Counted from the first letter of the stretch, positions 22,171 through 34,609 are shown. The stretch is 35,754 nucleotides of DNA from Octopus sinensis (GCF_006345805.1 NW_021824662.1:1-35754), one strand, 5' to 3'. Made by a program: numbers and translations. Notes: generated by a model not told the origin, from the letters alone.

Positions 22171-22229
22171 ATAATTATAATTAGGATTCAGCTAACTGCT
22201 TCATTTAGCTGAACCCTAATTATAGTTAT
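22171..22229. repeat. 24-bp-arm hairpin
   Basis: ATAATTATAATTAGGATTCAGCTA, an 11-nt loop, then TAGCTGAACCCTAATTATAGTTAT (2 non-Watson-Crick positions). Confidence 0.85.
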
Positions 22230-22332
22230 GTGGATAGTTTTCCTATAAAGGTTATTTTAACGTATCGACCTACTTGGTAAAATTTAATTAATTAATTTAA
22301 TTAATAAAATCTTACCCTTCTATTATTAATTT

Positions 22333-22402
<70 letters not shown>

Positions 22403-23370
22403 TGTGTATAGGTCATACCGTCTTCCGTATCACTGTCAATGATCACAGTAAAATGTCGAACTGTTGACTAATTTTGAATCCATAAATGAATCCATAATCC
22501 TCTGAAAAGGGTCTCAGTTGGCTTTTTCAAATCGCTAACAATTGTTGCGAACTTTTTTTTTACAACTAAGGGGAGATATTAATTAATAAGGAACTCTTCT
22601 GCGGACGCCGTTCTGTACATTACATTTGAACATGTTTGGAGACTTCATGTCTGAATGTTTTTTTTTATCAGCGTTTTACTGAAATTAATGCCAAATTTGC
22701 TATTCGACTGAAGAATTAATGCTTGGAGACAGACAACCATGTCGCAATGTGTTTAGTTTCCTCTATAATTTCATGAACGAATATATCTTTGAGGCTTAAA
22801 TTTAAATATTATTGTAGTTACAAATTTTGGAGTATATTTAGGACTCATACAGAAAACATGTGATCCAGGTGAAAGAAAATAACCGATTATCTCCAGGAAA
22901 TCAATTTTAACGATATCACAAGCAAAGAGAGCTATTTGAACATGTTGCGTTAATTTGAATTAGCAAATTATCGGGCGCTGGGTGGAAGCAATTGAAAGAT
23001 TGAAGGATAAAGTTCAAAAATGTCAAATTGAAAGAAGCAAGCTGTATGCTAATAACTAAGATGATTAAATCGCCTAACATCAGAGTTGCTAATGTTATAT
23101 CATGGTATGTTGGTAGCTTATCTGATAATATTATTAAAATTGTTAACGATCATTTTGTTAACATATCTGATCTTGGAGATTTCTATAATTGATTGAGCTG
23201 CATTTGGGGTTTGAGACAAAATTAGTTTTGGTGTCTTTAATTGTATGATTATAAGATCAAATTCCCGGCCTCTACATCAGACCGTGGTTGGTGGGGAGAA
23301 CAAGCTGAGGCTTTCGTTCTGCAATGGACTGAACATAAGCAATCCAATTGCAATATATACTTGAGGTAAA

Positions 23371-23768
23371 GCGGCGAGCTGGTAGAAACCTTAGCACGCC
23401 GGGCGAAATGCTTAGCGGCATTTCGTCTGCCGTTACGTTCTAAGTTCAAATTCCACCGAGCTCGACTTTGCCTTTCATCCTTCGGGATCGATTAAATAAG
23501 TACCAGTTACGCAGTGGGGTCCATATAATCGACTTAATCCGTTTGTCTGTCCTTGTTTGTCCTCTCTGTGTTTAGCCCCCTGTGGGTAGTAAAGAAATAG
23601 TATTTCGCCTCTCTTTACGATCTAAGTTCAAATTCCGCCGAGGTCGACTTTGCTTTTCATCCTTTCGAGATCGATAAGCTAAGCACCAATTACATACTTG
23701 TGTCGCTCTAATCGTCTGGGCCCCAACCCCAAACTTTCGGGCATTGTGCCTAGAGTAGAAAAGAATAT
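23371..23768 (+). mobile_element. Family A SINE dimer (full monomer plus headless monomer)
   Basis: Full copy at 23371-23599. The second body starts GTATTTCG at 23600 and ends GTGCCTAGAGTAGAAAAGAATAT. Confidence 0.88.
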
Positions 23769-23909
23769 TTTCATATATATAACATTCATGCTATCTGGTA
23801 TATATATATATATATATATGTATAAGGATGAAAAGGAACACACGGGTTGATATATATGAAAAATTAAGTCAAAATAGAAAATGCTAAAATAATTTTATAA
23901 AGAACATTT

Positions 23910-23948
23910 CAGTACCGGTTTCAGTCAATTTGAGACCTTTTCAACTGT
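23910..23948 (-). ncRNA. Minimal hammerhead with a compensatory U3-A8 core, in the inverted pLTR
   Basis: Reverse complement CAG-TTGAAAA-GGTC-TCAAATT-GACT-GAAA-CCGG-TA^CTG. Stem III palindrome ACCGGT, GUA triplet. Confidence 0.6.
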
Positions 23949-24179
23949 AACGATTAAATAATTATATTTAGAAAAATTAAAAGAAATGTTTTTTTAAAAG
24001 AATATTTGTATAGTGTTCAAATATAAGTGGCATTTTCCTTGTTTCTGCCTTGCTCTGTCTCTCTTGTTCACACTTGTGGTTCGAGGTCGTTGTGAATTCT
24101 TGGTAGGGAAGAAGAAGAAGGATGATGAGAATGAAATGGATATGCTCAATCACCTTCCAAATACAGTCAACAAAAAATA

Positions 24180-25964
24180 ATGAGGGAACTAAAATCCATG
24201 TTAAACCCCTACAAAGAAGGGCTCACCGACAAAGAATATGACTATATGACCAATTTCACAAGTAAAACCAGCCAATTCTACGGTATTCCTAATTTACACA
24301 AAAATGAGAAAATAAGTAACGCATGCAAAATAGCCACAGACAAAATAATTAAAGTCCCTAATCCTAATGACCTCAAATTGAGACCCATAATAACAGGTCC
24401 CGCATTCGAAACCCACCGCCTCAGTAACCTCTTAGACACCCTGTTAAAACCACTCCTCAAACATGTCAAAAGCTATCCAAGGGACGACTTGGATATGCTC
24501 AATCACCTTCTTAATACTATAAACAAAAACACCCTACTAGTATCCTTCGATGTAGTCAACCTCTATTCCAATATCCCCCACAACCTAGGAATAGAGGCAA
24601 TTCAATTCTGGCTAGCTAATCATGCCAACGAACGTCCGCATCTTATCGAAAAATAATTCGTGATAGAAGGGGTTAAATTCACCCTGGAAAATAACTTCTT
24701 CGCCTTCAAAGACAACTTCTACCTACAAAAATCGGGGACTGCGATGGGTACGCGAATGGCCCCCTCCTTTGCCAACCTAGTCATGGGATATCTAGAAATC
24801 AGTCTGTATCGTAAGGTTCTAGAAAGATATGGCAGTCCTTTCTCCCTCTACATAGAAAACAACTGGAAGAGATACCTAGATGACTGCTTCATTCTTTGGC
24901 ATGAAAATATAGAGAAACTCAAAGAATTCCAAGCAATTTTAAATGGACTGGACGTAAACCTCTAATTCACGGTGGAATATAGCCAACAACAACTCCCCTT
25001 CCTCGATATCCTTATTAAAAAATCTAATAATGTAATAGAAGCAGATATATACTATAAGCCTACAGATTCTAAGCAATATCTTCCATTCAATTCATGCCAC
25101 CCCAGACACACCAGAATGAATATCCCCTTCAATCTAGCAAAAAGGATATGTACTATAGTTTCCAATGCAAACACCAGAGACACACGACTACAAGAACTAA
25201 AAGATACCCTCATTACCAGGAACTACCCACCTTCACTTATTGACATATGCATTCAACGTGCCCTCCAACTCAACATCCAGGAACTCAGACATCCTAACTC
25301 AAAGAAAACTTTACGACCAAAACCCTTACCATACATCTCCACACACAACCCTCTCAACAATGAAGCCTTCGACACCATCCTCCAAAACATACCCCTGCTA
25401 AAAAAAGACCACATAATGAACACAATCCTCCAAACACACACCATCATAAAAAGCAAGAGACAGCCTAAATCTATGAAAAGTCTCCTAATACAAGCCCGAA
25501 TACACTCTTCAACACAGAAGCCGACAGTAAAAAAATGTGGAAGACCCAATTGCGGGATATGCGATTATCTAATTGAGGGATCAGAGTTCTCCTTCAAACA
25601 GGGACAACGGTTTACAGCGAAAAGCAATTTCACATGTGCTTCGGAGAACCTGATATACATACTAACCTGCTCTGGGTGTCAAGAGCAGTACATAGACCAA
25701 ACAAAAAATAGTTTGCGTAAAAGAATGGCCCTGCACAGATCCCAGATAAAAATCCCCCAAAACAGAAAAATAACATTCAGCCAACACATAGATACTTGCG
25801 CCAACAACAAAACACCAAACTTCAGGATTTTCCCCCTCTACCAATTCAAGGACGATACAACCACGAGCCAACGAATAAGTAAAGAAACTCTCTTTATTAC
25901 AAATTATAAGCCCCTTCTGAACGGGTCTAGGACAAACGAAATATACACCTCGGCTTTAGAATAA
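24180..25964 (+). pseudogene. Penelope-like RT + GIY-YIG endonuclease ORF (Neptune-like), two in-frame stops
   Basis: The three ORF-track entries share one frame (stops at 24654 and 24963). Motifs: LRPIITG, SFDVVNLYSNIPH, GTAMGTRMAPSFANL, KRYLDDCF, LPFLDI, YYKPTD..YL.F.SCHP, CGRPNCGIC linker and NLIYILTC..C..QYIDQT...LRKRM..H (YIG changed to YID). Confidence 0.95.
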
Positions 25965-26096
25965 CACAAATCCACATGCAAATATTACATCCCTAAGAAT
26001 CCATTACAAATCAGCCCCAATCACAGCTATAACCCATAACGTGCCAAATTTAAGTCATACAACACCTCACTACTTCCACTCATTCATATTCTCCCT

Positions 26097-26143
26097 CCCC
26101 TTTCTTCTTCTTCTTCTTCCCCCTCTTCATCATCATCATCATC

Positions 26144-26174
<31 letters not shown>

Positions 26175-26335
26175 CTTCTTCTTCTTTTTCTTCTTCAGCA
26201 TCATCAACATCGTCATCATCATCATCATCATCATCTTCTTCTTCTTCTTCTTCTTCTTCTTCTTCTTCTTCTTCTTCTTCTTCTTCTTCTTTTTCTTCTT
26301 CTTCTTCTCCCCCTTCTACTTCCTAACTTCATCAC
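26097..26335. repeat. (CTT)n/(CAT)n polypyrimidine-rich microsatellite in the PLE 3' region
   Basis: Direct reading. It explains the poly-L/F/I ORF at 26041-26373. Confidence 0.95.
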
Positions 26336-27472
26336 TAATGCTTTTTAGTATAACACCTACGCAAATTCTATAAACAAACCTTTCAATAGAAATATTCTCA
26401 TGAACTGCTAGCCGCCACTGACCATTCAAAATACAACAATCAAGGCACTCCCAAATCCCCCCCCCCCTTCTCCTCATCATCCTTCTTCTTCTTCTTCCCT
26501 ACCAAGAATTCACAACGACCTCGAACCCACAAGTGTGAACAAGAGAGACAGAGCAAGGCAGAAACAAGGAAAATGCCACTTATATTTGAACACTATACAA
26601 ATATTCCTTTAAAAAAACATTTCTTTTAATTTTTCTAAATTGGTTTATTCATTTTTCATAATAATTCTTGTGAATGTTGTCAGTCAAGAAAAAATAACTC
26701 CTTTCTACCATCTAAGAATTTGTGCTCTAAGGGAAAAGGGTATATTCTATCTATCCTAAAATATTTACGCGAGGAAAAAAAAGTACTGAGATGAATAAAA
26801 CGTGTAGTCTGATGAAGGCCTCGGTAACTAGAAGAAACCACGGTGGAGAATTTTATGTTGCATTAATTTAAATACACGTACGCACCCGTACACACGTATA
26901 CACATGCATAGTCGCATTTAGATGCGCGAATGTATATATATATTTCTGCGCCTTGTGTGTATTCTTAAGCTTACACACTCCAATACATGTGTGTGTATAC
27001 TTTAGTTGTAATTATATTTGTTCAAGCAAACGTCTAGCACTACTATAAATAAATCTCTTTCTATTCTTACTCATCATCATCTTAATCCTCTTAATCCTCA
27101 TCTTCGTCATAAGCACATTCTTCAAATTAATATATCGCGTTGAAATAATTATCCGTTAATTGGAAGACAACTAATTAGCCAGACAGTTACCGCAACAGAT
27201 TCTAGTAACAGATGACTGCGACAAGTTATACGTGGTCAGTGAATCGAGGTCAAACGCCAGAAATATAATTTCAGTCAACCAACAGAAGAGCCAGCCATAA
27301 TTAATTCTATTTAAGTATGTTTATATGGTATACCTAGCGGATATGTATAAAAATAATGAGAAGAGATCCTCCGTCGGTTTTGAATAGGAGCAAATTTCCT
27401 AATTAAAGCGAATGGCCATTCCATAAACGATCATACCTTCAATTTATTTCCCGAAACAAGTGAAACAGAGTG

Positions 27473-27979
27473 CAGTGATCCCTCGCCATATTGCGGTTCA
27501 CCTGTCACGCACTTACTACACTCTCTTTACTTGTTTCAGTCATTTGACTGCAGCCATGCTGGAGCATCGCCTCTTAGTCGAACAAATCGACCCCAGGACT
27601 TATTCTTTGGAAGCCTAGTACTTATTCTATCGGGGACGTAAACACACCACCATCGGTTGTCAAGCGATGTTGGGGGGACTAACACAGACAAACAAACATA
27701 CACACACACACACACACACAACATAAATACATATATACATAAATACGACGGGATTCTTTCAGTTTCCGTCTACTAAATCCACACACAAGGCTTTGGTCGG
27801 CCCGGGGCTATAGTAGAAGACGCTTGCTCAAGATGCCACGCAGTGGGAATGAACCCGGAACAATGTGTTGGTAAGCAAGTTACTTGCCACACACCCACTC
27901 CTACGCCTACATCGCGGATTTTTCTGGCTAATATATGTAATTTTATGTCGTGGAATCCTCAGTATATCGAGGGCTTCTG
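27473..27979. mobile_element. Small pogo/Tigger-like MITE interrupted by a SINE
   Basis: Left CAGTGATCCCTCGCCATATTGCGG versus the right-end reverse complement CAGAAGCCCTCGATATACTGAGG. CTACA direct repeat at 27516-27520 and 27907-27911 around the SINE. Confidence 0.5.
27521..27907 (-). mobile_element. Family B SINE
   Basis: Homologous to 8993-9394. Confidence 0.92.
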
Positions 27980-28244
27980 CAGCCGATAGGTATTTATATA
28001 TTTTACATTTTTAATCATTTCTGTGGGAGGTTTTGGAACGTAACACCCGCGACAGTCGAGGGATTAGTGTAAGGTTTATTTTGGCTGGACACGTTAGTGA
28101 TAGGTCTTCACATTCGTATCACAAGTGCAATTAGTCCGAATGCATTTTACGCTTGCTCGGTTTCGCTTAGAAGGCTTAGCGCGTACGAGTCTATAGTGAT
28201 TAAATTGAACCTGGTGATTTCAAGTGAGTGAAAGAGGCAGATAG

Positions 28245-28257
28245 CTAGCTAGCTAGC

Positions 28258-28322
<65 letters not shown>
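28245..28322. repeat. (TAGC)n(TAGA)n(GA)n microsatellite
   Basis: Direct reading. Confidence 0.95.
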
Positions 28323-28323
<1 letters not shown>

Positions 28324-28371
28324 TGGATATCCACACGTATATTATTCAAGCGATTTACATTCTTTTATTCT

Positions 28372-28761
28372 GTTATTCTTCTACTTGTTTCAGTCATTTG
28401 ACTGCAGCCATGCTGGAGCACCACCTTTAGCCGAACAAATCGACCCCAGGACTTATTCTTTGTAAGCCTAGTACTTATTCTCTCGGTCTCTTTTGCCGAA
28501 GCGCTAAGCTACGGGGACGTAAACACACCAGCATCGGTTGTCAGGCGATGTTGGGGGGACAATCACAGACACATAAACATACACACACACACTTGTATAT
28601 ATATACGACAGGCTTCTTTCAGTTTCCGTCTACCAAATCCACTCAGAAGGTTTTGGTCGGCCCGAGGCTATAGTCGAAGACACTTGCCCAATGTGCCACG
28701 CAGTGGGACTGAGCTCACAACCATGTGGCTGCTAAGCAAGCCACTTACCACACAGCCACTC
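28372..28761 (-). mobile_element. Family B SINE
   Basis: Homologous to 8993-9394. Confidence 0.92.
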
Positions 28762-28894
28762 GATTGCTGCAAAAAAATTCATTACATGAATAACACAAGG
28801 TTCTAGATTACCATGCTCCAAAAGGAGTATTCAGGCATTCACAACTTCTCAACTCCATGTGATCGTTCAATGTCAATTTTATCCTTTCTTTTTC

Positions 28895-29150
<256 letters not shown>

Positions 29151-30161
29151 AATCCATTATAACCTAATTTCTAGTGAATATGTAACACAGTAAATTCTGC
29201 ATAGCATTAAATTTGCGCAGACCCAACACTAAAAGTAAAATAAACCATAACCTAGATTCAATAAATGTAAAAATCAATAAACATTAACATAACAATAAAA
29301 GACAACAAAACCACTTAAACTAGAGTTAGCGTGATGCCAGGCAATAGGAGAAGTTCCAAGAACTTGACAAATGGTGATAAAGTGTTTGAAGAGGAAAATA
29401 AAGTACATAAAAATACGAATATGAAATAAGGGCATAAAAGCCACTACATAAGCCCTAAATTAACAATAATTTAATTCAAATAGTTTTAGAGATTTCATCA
29501 TCAGCTGGTCTATGGGAAATCATTGTGGTTTCGACACTAAACCTATATTGAGTAAAGTGTCTGGAAGTCACTGAGGCATTACATGTTGTATAGATTATTT
29601 ATTATAAACTAACAGTCTATTCATAGCATATATTTTGCCTGAAACATCATCATCATGATTATGAAAAGTATATACATGTAAAAATTCATTTGAAACATCA
29701 CAACAACGCTAAATTTGTTGATAATCCATTCGTACGCTCATCCTGATTTTGCTGTTTTGTAAGATTACATTTCCCTTAAGTCTTAAACCATTGTGTCAGT
29801 TGAAACTGCCCGAAAATAGAAAATATCATGTTCATATCTGATCGGCTTATTGTGTTGCTATTCAGAATGATAATTCTGTAAGCCTGTGTTACCTAATATT
29901 TTTAAAATATTGGAGAATCATGTGAAAGGAAAATATAATTTCAATTTTGAGCATCATATAAAAAAAACCGATTTTTAAAAAATGCATCATCATTTATTAT
30001 GAAGATGTTGACGTGTGGTATGGAGGTTTCCGGGTAGTTTTTTTCTCCGTAAGCTCAAGTGTTGATCACATTCGGGAATAAGCAGTTAATGCAGGTTAAT
30101 GAAAAATTGAAAACTCGCCCTCTATCCCTTTCTCACAACAACACACACACACAAACATATA

Positions 30162-31025
30162 CAAGGGTGGGCTGAAAAGTTCATAGGCTGACTAAGAAAA
30201 GTTCATAGGCTGATCCTACCAATAGGCAAACAGTGTACACCTTTAACTTTTATCTTGCTGAGGCATCACCTTAAAGGGCTTTAGTCGAACATATAATAAG
30301 TATTGAATTCAACATTTACTGATGCTAAATGCATGATTTCTTCCCAGATAAACCCACACTGGGTACAGAATTGAGGACTTGGAAAGGTGGTACTATACAC
30401 ATTTCGTGAAAATGGATGAAATTGGCACCGTGGTGGTATCAAATATCTGTAGAAAAAGGGGGTAGCCCGAAGGACACTCATGCAGGCATGGCTGCTACAT
30501 TAGGGGATGGTGCTCCAGCTTCATAAACCGTGCAAAAGTGGGCAACTAAATTCAAGACGGGTTGGGAAAGTCTTGAAGATGACCCAAGTTCCGGACGTTC
30601 TGTCACAGCCACCACCCCAAAACCATCGAGGTGTTTATCACATGGTGATTGATGACAGATGTTTAAACTTTAATCAGATAGCTAATGGGTTTCTACTTTA
30701 CCAGGACAATGCTCCTGCGCACAATTCTGTGGTTGCAATGGCTGCTGTGCGTGACTGTGGCACCTGTGGTAATTTTATCTTCTCCAACATGAAAAAAACA
30801 TTTGGTTGGGAAGCAGTATTAAACCGATGATATTGTCATATCTGCTGTTGAGGACTGTTCCAGAGTCAGGATAAGGGCTTCTATACCATGGGAATAGAAG
30901 CGCTGCATCATCGATGGAAGAAGTGTATGGACCGCAGGGAAGATAAAGTCAAAAAATATAAACACATTTGGTCAAGTTCGACCATTGCATCGTGGTCAGC
31001 CTAAAAACTTTTAAGCCCCACCTCG
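30162..31025 (+). mobile_element. Internally deleted mariner transposon with both TIRs
   Basis: Left TA|CAAGGGTGGGCTGAAAAGTTCATAGGCTGAC and right-end reverse complement CGAGGTGGGGCTTAAAAGTTTTTAGGCTGAC. Remnants from ATG 30412: VQKWATKFKTGWESLEDDPSSGRS, YQDNAPAH, FSNMKK and FYTMGIEALHHRWKKCMD. Confidence 0.92.
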
Positions 31026-31199
31026 CATATCATTTAATGAATGTAGGAATTACAGGCGATCTAATTCAAGTTTCATTGTTCAATAGTGCATACAATATAC
31101 GAGTATGAAAACTTGAAGTAGCTCACGTATAACACATATATTGTCTATAATCATTAAATGGTATTTATCTCTTACTGGAATGGATACTTTTTACTGATC

Positions 31200-31656
31200 G
31201 TACCAATAGGCGAACAGTGTACACTTTTAACTTTTATCTTGCTGAGGAATCACCTTAAAAGGTTTTAGTCGAACAAATAAACCATAGGACTTATTTATTT
31301 AAGCCTGGTACTTATTCTATCGGTTTCTTTTGCCGATTCGATACGGGGACATAGACACACCATCACCAGTTGTCAAATGGTAGTGGAGAGGTGGGGGGGA
31401 CAAAGACAAACACAGAGGCATACTTTCACACACACACACACACATACACACACAAGCACATAGAAACATACACACTTGTATGTCATGGGCTTCTTTCAGT
31501 TTCTTTTAGATTCCGTCTACCAAATTCACTGACAGGGATTTTTGTCGGCCTTACGCTATAGTAGAAGACACTTGCCCAGTGTGACACGCAATGGGATTGA
31601 ACCCAGAACCATGTGGTTGGGAAGCAAGCTTCTCAACATACTGTTACGCCTAAGCC
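31200..31656 (-). mobile_element. Family B SINE with a variant tail
   Basis: GCCTGGTACTTATTCTATCGG...GAAGACACTTGCCCAG...ACCATGTGGTTGGGAAGCAAGC. Confidence 0.85.
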
Positions 31657-31794
31657 TATATGTATATACATATTTACATAAACACACACCTATATGATTA
31701 TATAGATATGTGTGTGCGAATGTGTATGTATATATATATGTACACGCACACACACATATATAGTTTGACAGACGAACATACTGGGAGAGTGATA

Positions 31795-31839
<45 letters not shown>

Positions 31840-31909
31840 ATATGTATGATAATATAAATAATATATAAATATATGTACATACATATAGGTGTATATACAC
31901 ATGCATACC

Positions 31910-32158
31910 TATTTCTTTATTACCCACAAGGGGCTAAACACAGAGGGGACAAAAAAGGACAGACATAGGTATTAAGTCGATTACATCAACCCCAGTGCGT
32001 AACTGGTACTTAATTTATCGACCCCGAAAGGATGAAAGGCAAAGTCGACCTCAGCGGAATTTGAACTCACAACGTAACGGCAGACGAAATACCGCTAAGC
32101 ATTTCGCCCAGCGCGCTAACGCTTCTGCCAGCTCGCCGCGTCTGCCAGCTCGCCGCCT
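31910..32158 (-). mobile_element. Family A SINE, full length, with a duplicated 16-bp head end
   Basis: Matches 23371-23599. TCTGCCAGCTCGCCGC occurs at 32124-32139 and 32141-32156. Confidence 0.92.
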
Positions 32159-32386
32159 TCTGCCTACCAATAGAACGTAAACAAAATGAAATACGAAAAC
32201 AACATAAACTACGAAATACGAAAACAGAATACGCGCTGTGTTTTTGCAAACAACGAAAGAAAGATATGCGAAACAAAAGCAAGCAACATATAAAAACGTC
32301 CCTACATCAGTTGTCGGCTGTTTCTCTACTTCGTATTTCGAGCAATTAACGACTAATAGATATATATATATATATATATATATATA

Positions 32387-32527
32387 GGCGTAGGAGTGGC
32401 TCTGTGGCTTGCTTACAAACCACATGTTTCCAGGTGCAGTCCCACTACGTGGTACCTTGGGCAAGTGTCTTCTACTATAGCCTTCTGAGTGGATTTGGTA
32501 GACGGAAACTGAAAGAGGCCCGTCGTA

Positions 32528-32570
<43 letters not shown>

Positions 32571-32775
32571 ATATGTTTGTGTGTCTGTGTTTGTCTCCTG
32601 AACATCGCTTGACAGCCGTTGCTGGTGTGTTTACGTCCCCGTAACTTAGCGGTTCGGCAAAAGACCGATGGAATAAGTTTTGGGCTTACAAAGAATAAGT
32701 CTTGGTGTTAATTTGCTCGAGAGTAAAGGCGGTGCTCCAGCATGGCCACAGTCAAATGACTGAAACAAGTAAAAG

Positions 32776-32777
<2 letters not shown>
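32387..32777 (+). mobile_element. Family B SINE (plus strand, small deletions)
   Basis: GGCGTAGGAGTGGC...CCTTGGGCAAGTGTCTTC...(TA)n...CAGCATGGCCACAGTCAAATGACTGAAACAAGTAAAAG. Confidence 0.92.
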
Positions 32778-32821
<44 letters not shown>

Positions 32822-34499
32822 GTACGTATGTATGTATGCACGTATGATTGTTTGTAAGTATATGCATATGTTGATAAATTAATAAATAGCTGAATAGATA
32901 CACACGTGTTGGACTCATGTCCTTCGTTACTTCCCAGTTTTTCCACCGACGCAGTTTAGCTGCTTTTATATCATGACTTGAACTCCGCTCCTTCTCATAT
33001 GTCCAGTCGTTGCATGTTTTACTTTAAAGTGAAACATGGGTGAAGTAGAGCAATTTCAAACGTTTGTTATTACCCGTGGAAAAACGGTGAACTAGTTACT
33101 TAATATAAAAATAAATACATGCGTAGGGGATGAGCCGTATGAGATGACACAAGCTCGATTACAGCTCGAAGTAAATACTATAACGTATTGATCAGTTATG
33201 TTGACATGTTATTCGGAGTAATTGATTGCTTGAGGAAATGACAACTGCGACAAACAGATGGCTTCATGAGTTGACAATGTGACATGAGATATAGTAGTGA
33301 GATTTTATAGTAGATTGATGATATGAATAATCAAATGTGTATGTTATTTGAAATTAGCTTAGTGATGGCGACGCTGTTGTTGTTGTTATTGCTGCTGCTG
33401 CTGCTGATGCTGATGGTGGTGGTGGAAATGATAAAAATGACAGAAATGTAAATACTGAAACGTAATGTTTGTTATGATGGTTAAGATAGTGACAGATGTA
33501 TGTGTTTGATAAACAAGAATAAAAGTAGTGGAAATTTTGTGGAAAGATGAAAGTGAAAAAGAAAACCGAGAGACGAACTTTACGAATCTAAAGAAAAAAA
33601 AAATATACATATATATACATATATAACTTGAAAAATATGCAAACATATGCATTAATAGTTCAGAAGAACACAAGCACTCAAACGCAAGCACACATACATA
33701 CGCAAAGTTATATAAAGCCTACATCAGCGCTCTTCAGCATTTCGCATATGGATTACTAGACACTCTACGGTCGAATGATCGATGTGTGGAACTCCGAACA
33801 AACAAAGTTCTAGGCTACATCAGAGCTATAAACCTGCATTAATATATTACTTCTTTCTACTATATATATATATCAAACGATTATTCTTTCTTATTTAACT
33901 ACACACACACACACGCAAATGCACACACACATTTGTAAGTATGTATATGTGTGTGGTGTATATATATATATATATATTAATATAGACAGCAGTTTGCAAT
34001 GTTTCACCAAAAAGGAAAACTATAATTGTCACTAAATGTGACTAAATGTGTCTAGAAACACATACATTATTAGAAATATGAGCTCAATGCTCTAATGCTA
34101 TAGTCAAAACATATGATTGTATACAAATATACTGACAGAGACAGTAATCGTCCGAAAACACCATCCAAGAATTATATATATATTTACCCGTCCTGTCGAA
34201 AAGACGTCTGTCTGTGACGTCCTGTTTTTGTTATTATTCTTATCATTATTATTTTTACGTATTTTTGTATTCTTATTCGTTCCCGTCCTTGTTTTGTATA
34301 CGTTCGAGGCTTTCTTCCAAGGAATCTAATGCGCGTGGCTTAGATTTTCGTTTGGAGCTGGCCAGGTCGGAGCAATCTCAAGATTAATCAGCCGAAATTG
34401 CGAGGATGATCCGGTTTCTTGACTGAAGATTGAAGGCTTCGAATGTCCCGTCCGTGTTTTTTGTATCGTCTTCTAAATGTTTTGCGTTCTTGTCCCAGT

Positions 34500-34537
34500 T
34501 TGTATTTTTTTTACATATACATATATCGTATTATATA

Positions 34538-34609
<72 letters not shown>

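Larger units (their letters stand above)
23822..26640 (+). mobile_element. Penelope-like retroelement, 5'-truncated, with an inverted terminal (pLTR) copy at its 5' side
   Basis: RT+GIY-YIG ORF, and 23966-24131 is the reverse complement of 26468-26640. The left limit is taken at the (TA)n border and is approximate. Confidence 0.9.

Noticed and set aside
26809-26850. CTGATGA-AGGCC...GAAACCACGGTGG downstream of the PLE
   Set aside because: No stem II complement and no stem I. At best a heavily decayed motif.
34124-34155. CTGACA-GAGAC-AGTAATC-GTCC-GAAA
   Set aside because: It needs two insertions to become a hammerhead and lacks stems I and III. The surrounding 34110-34500 is probably an interspersed repeat but has no second copy in the window.
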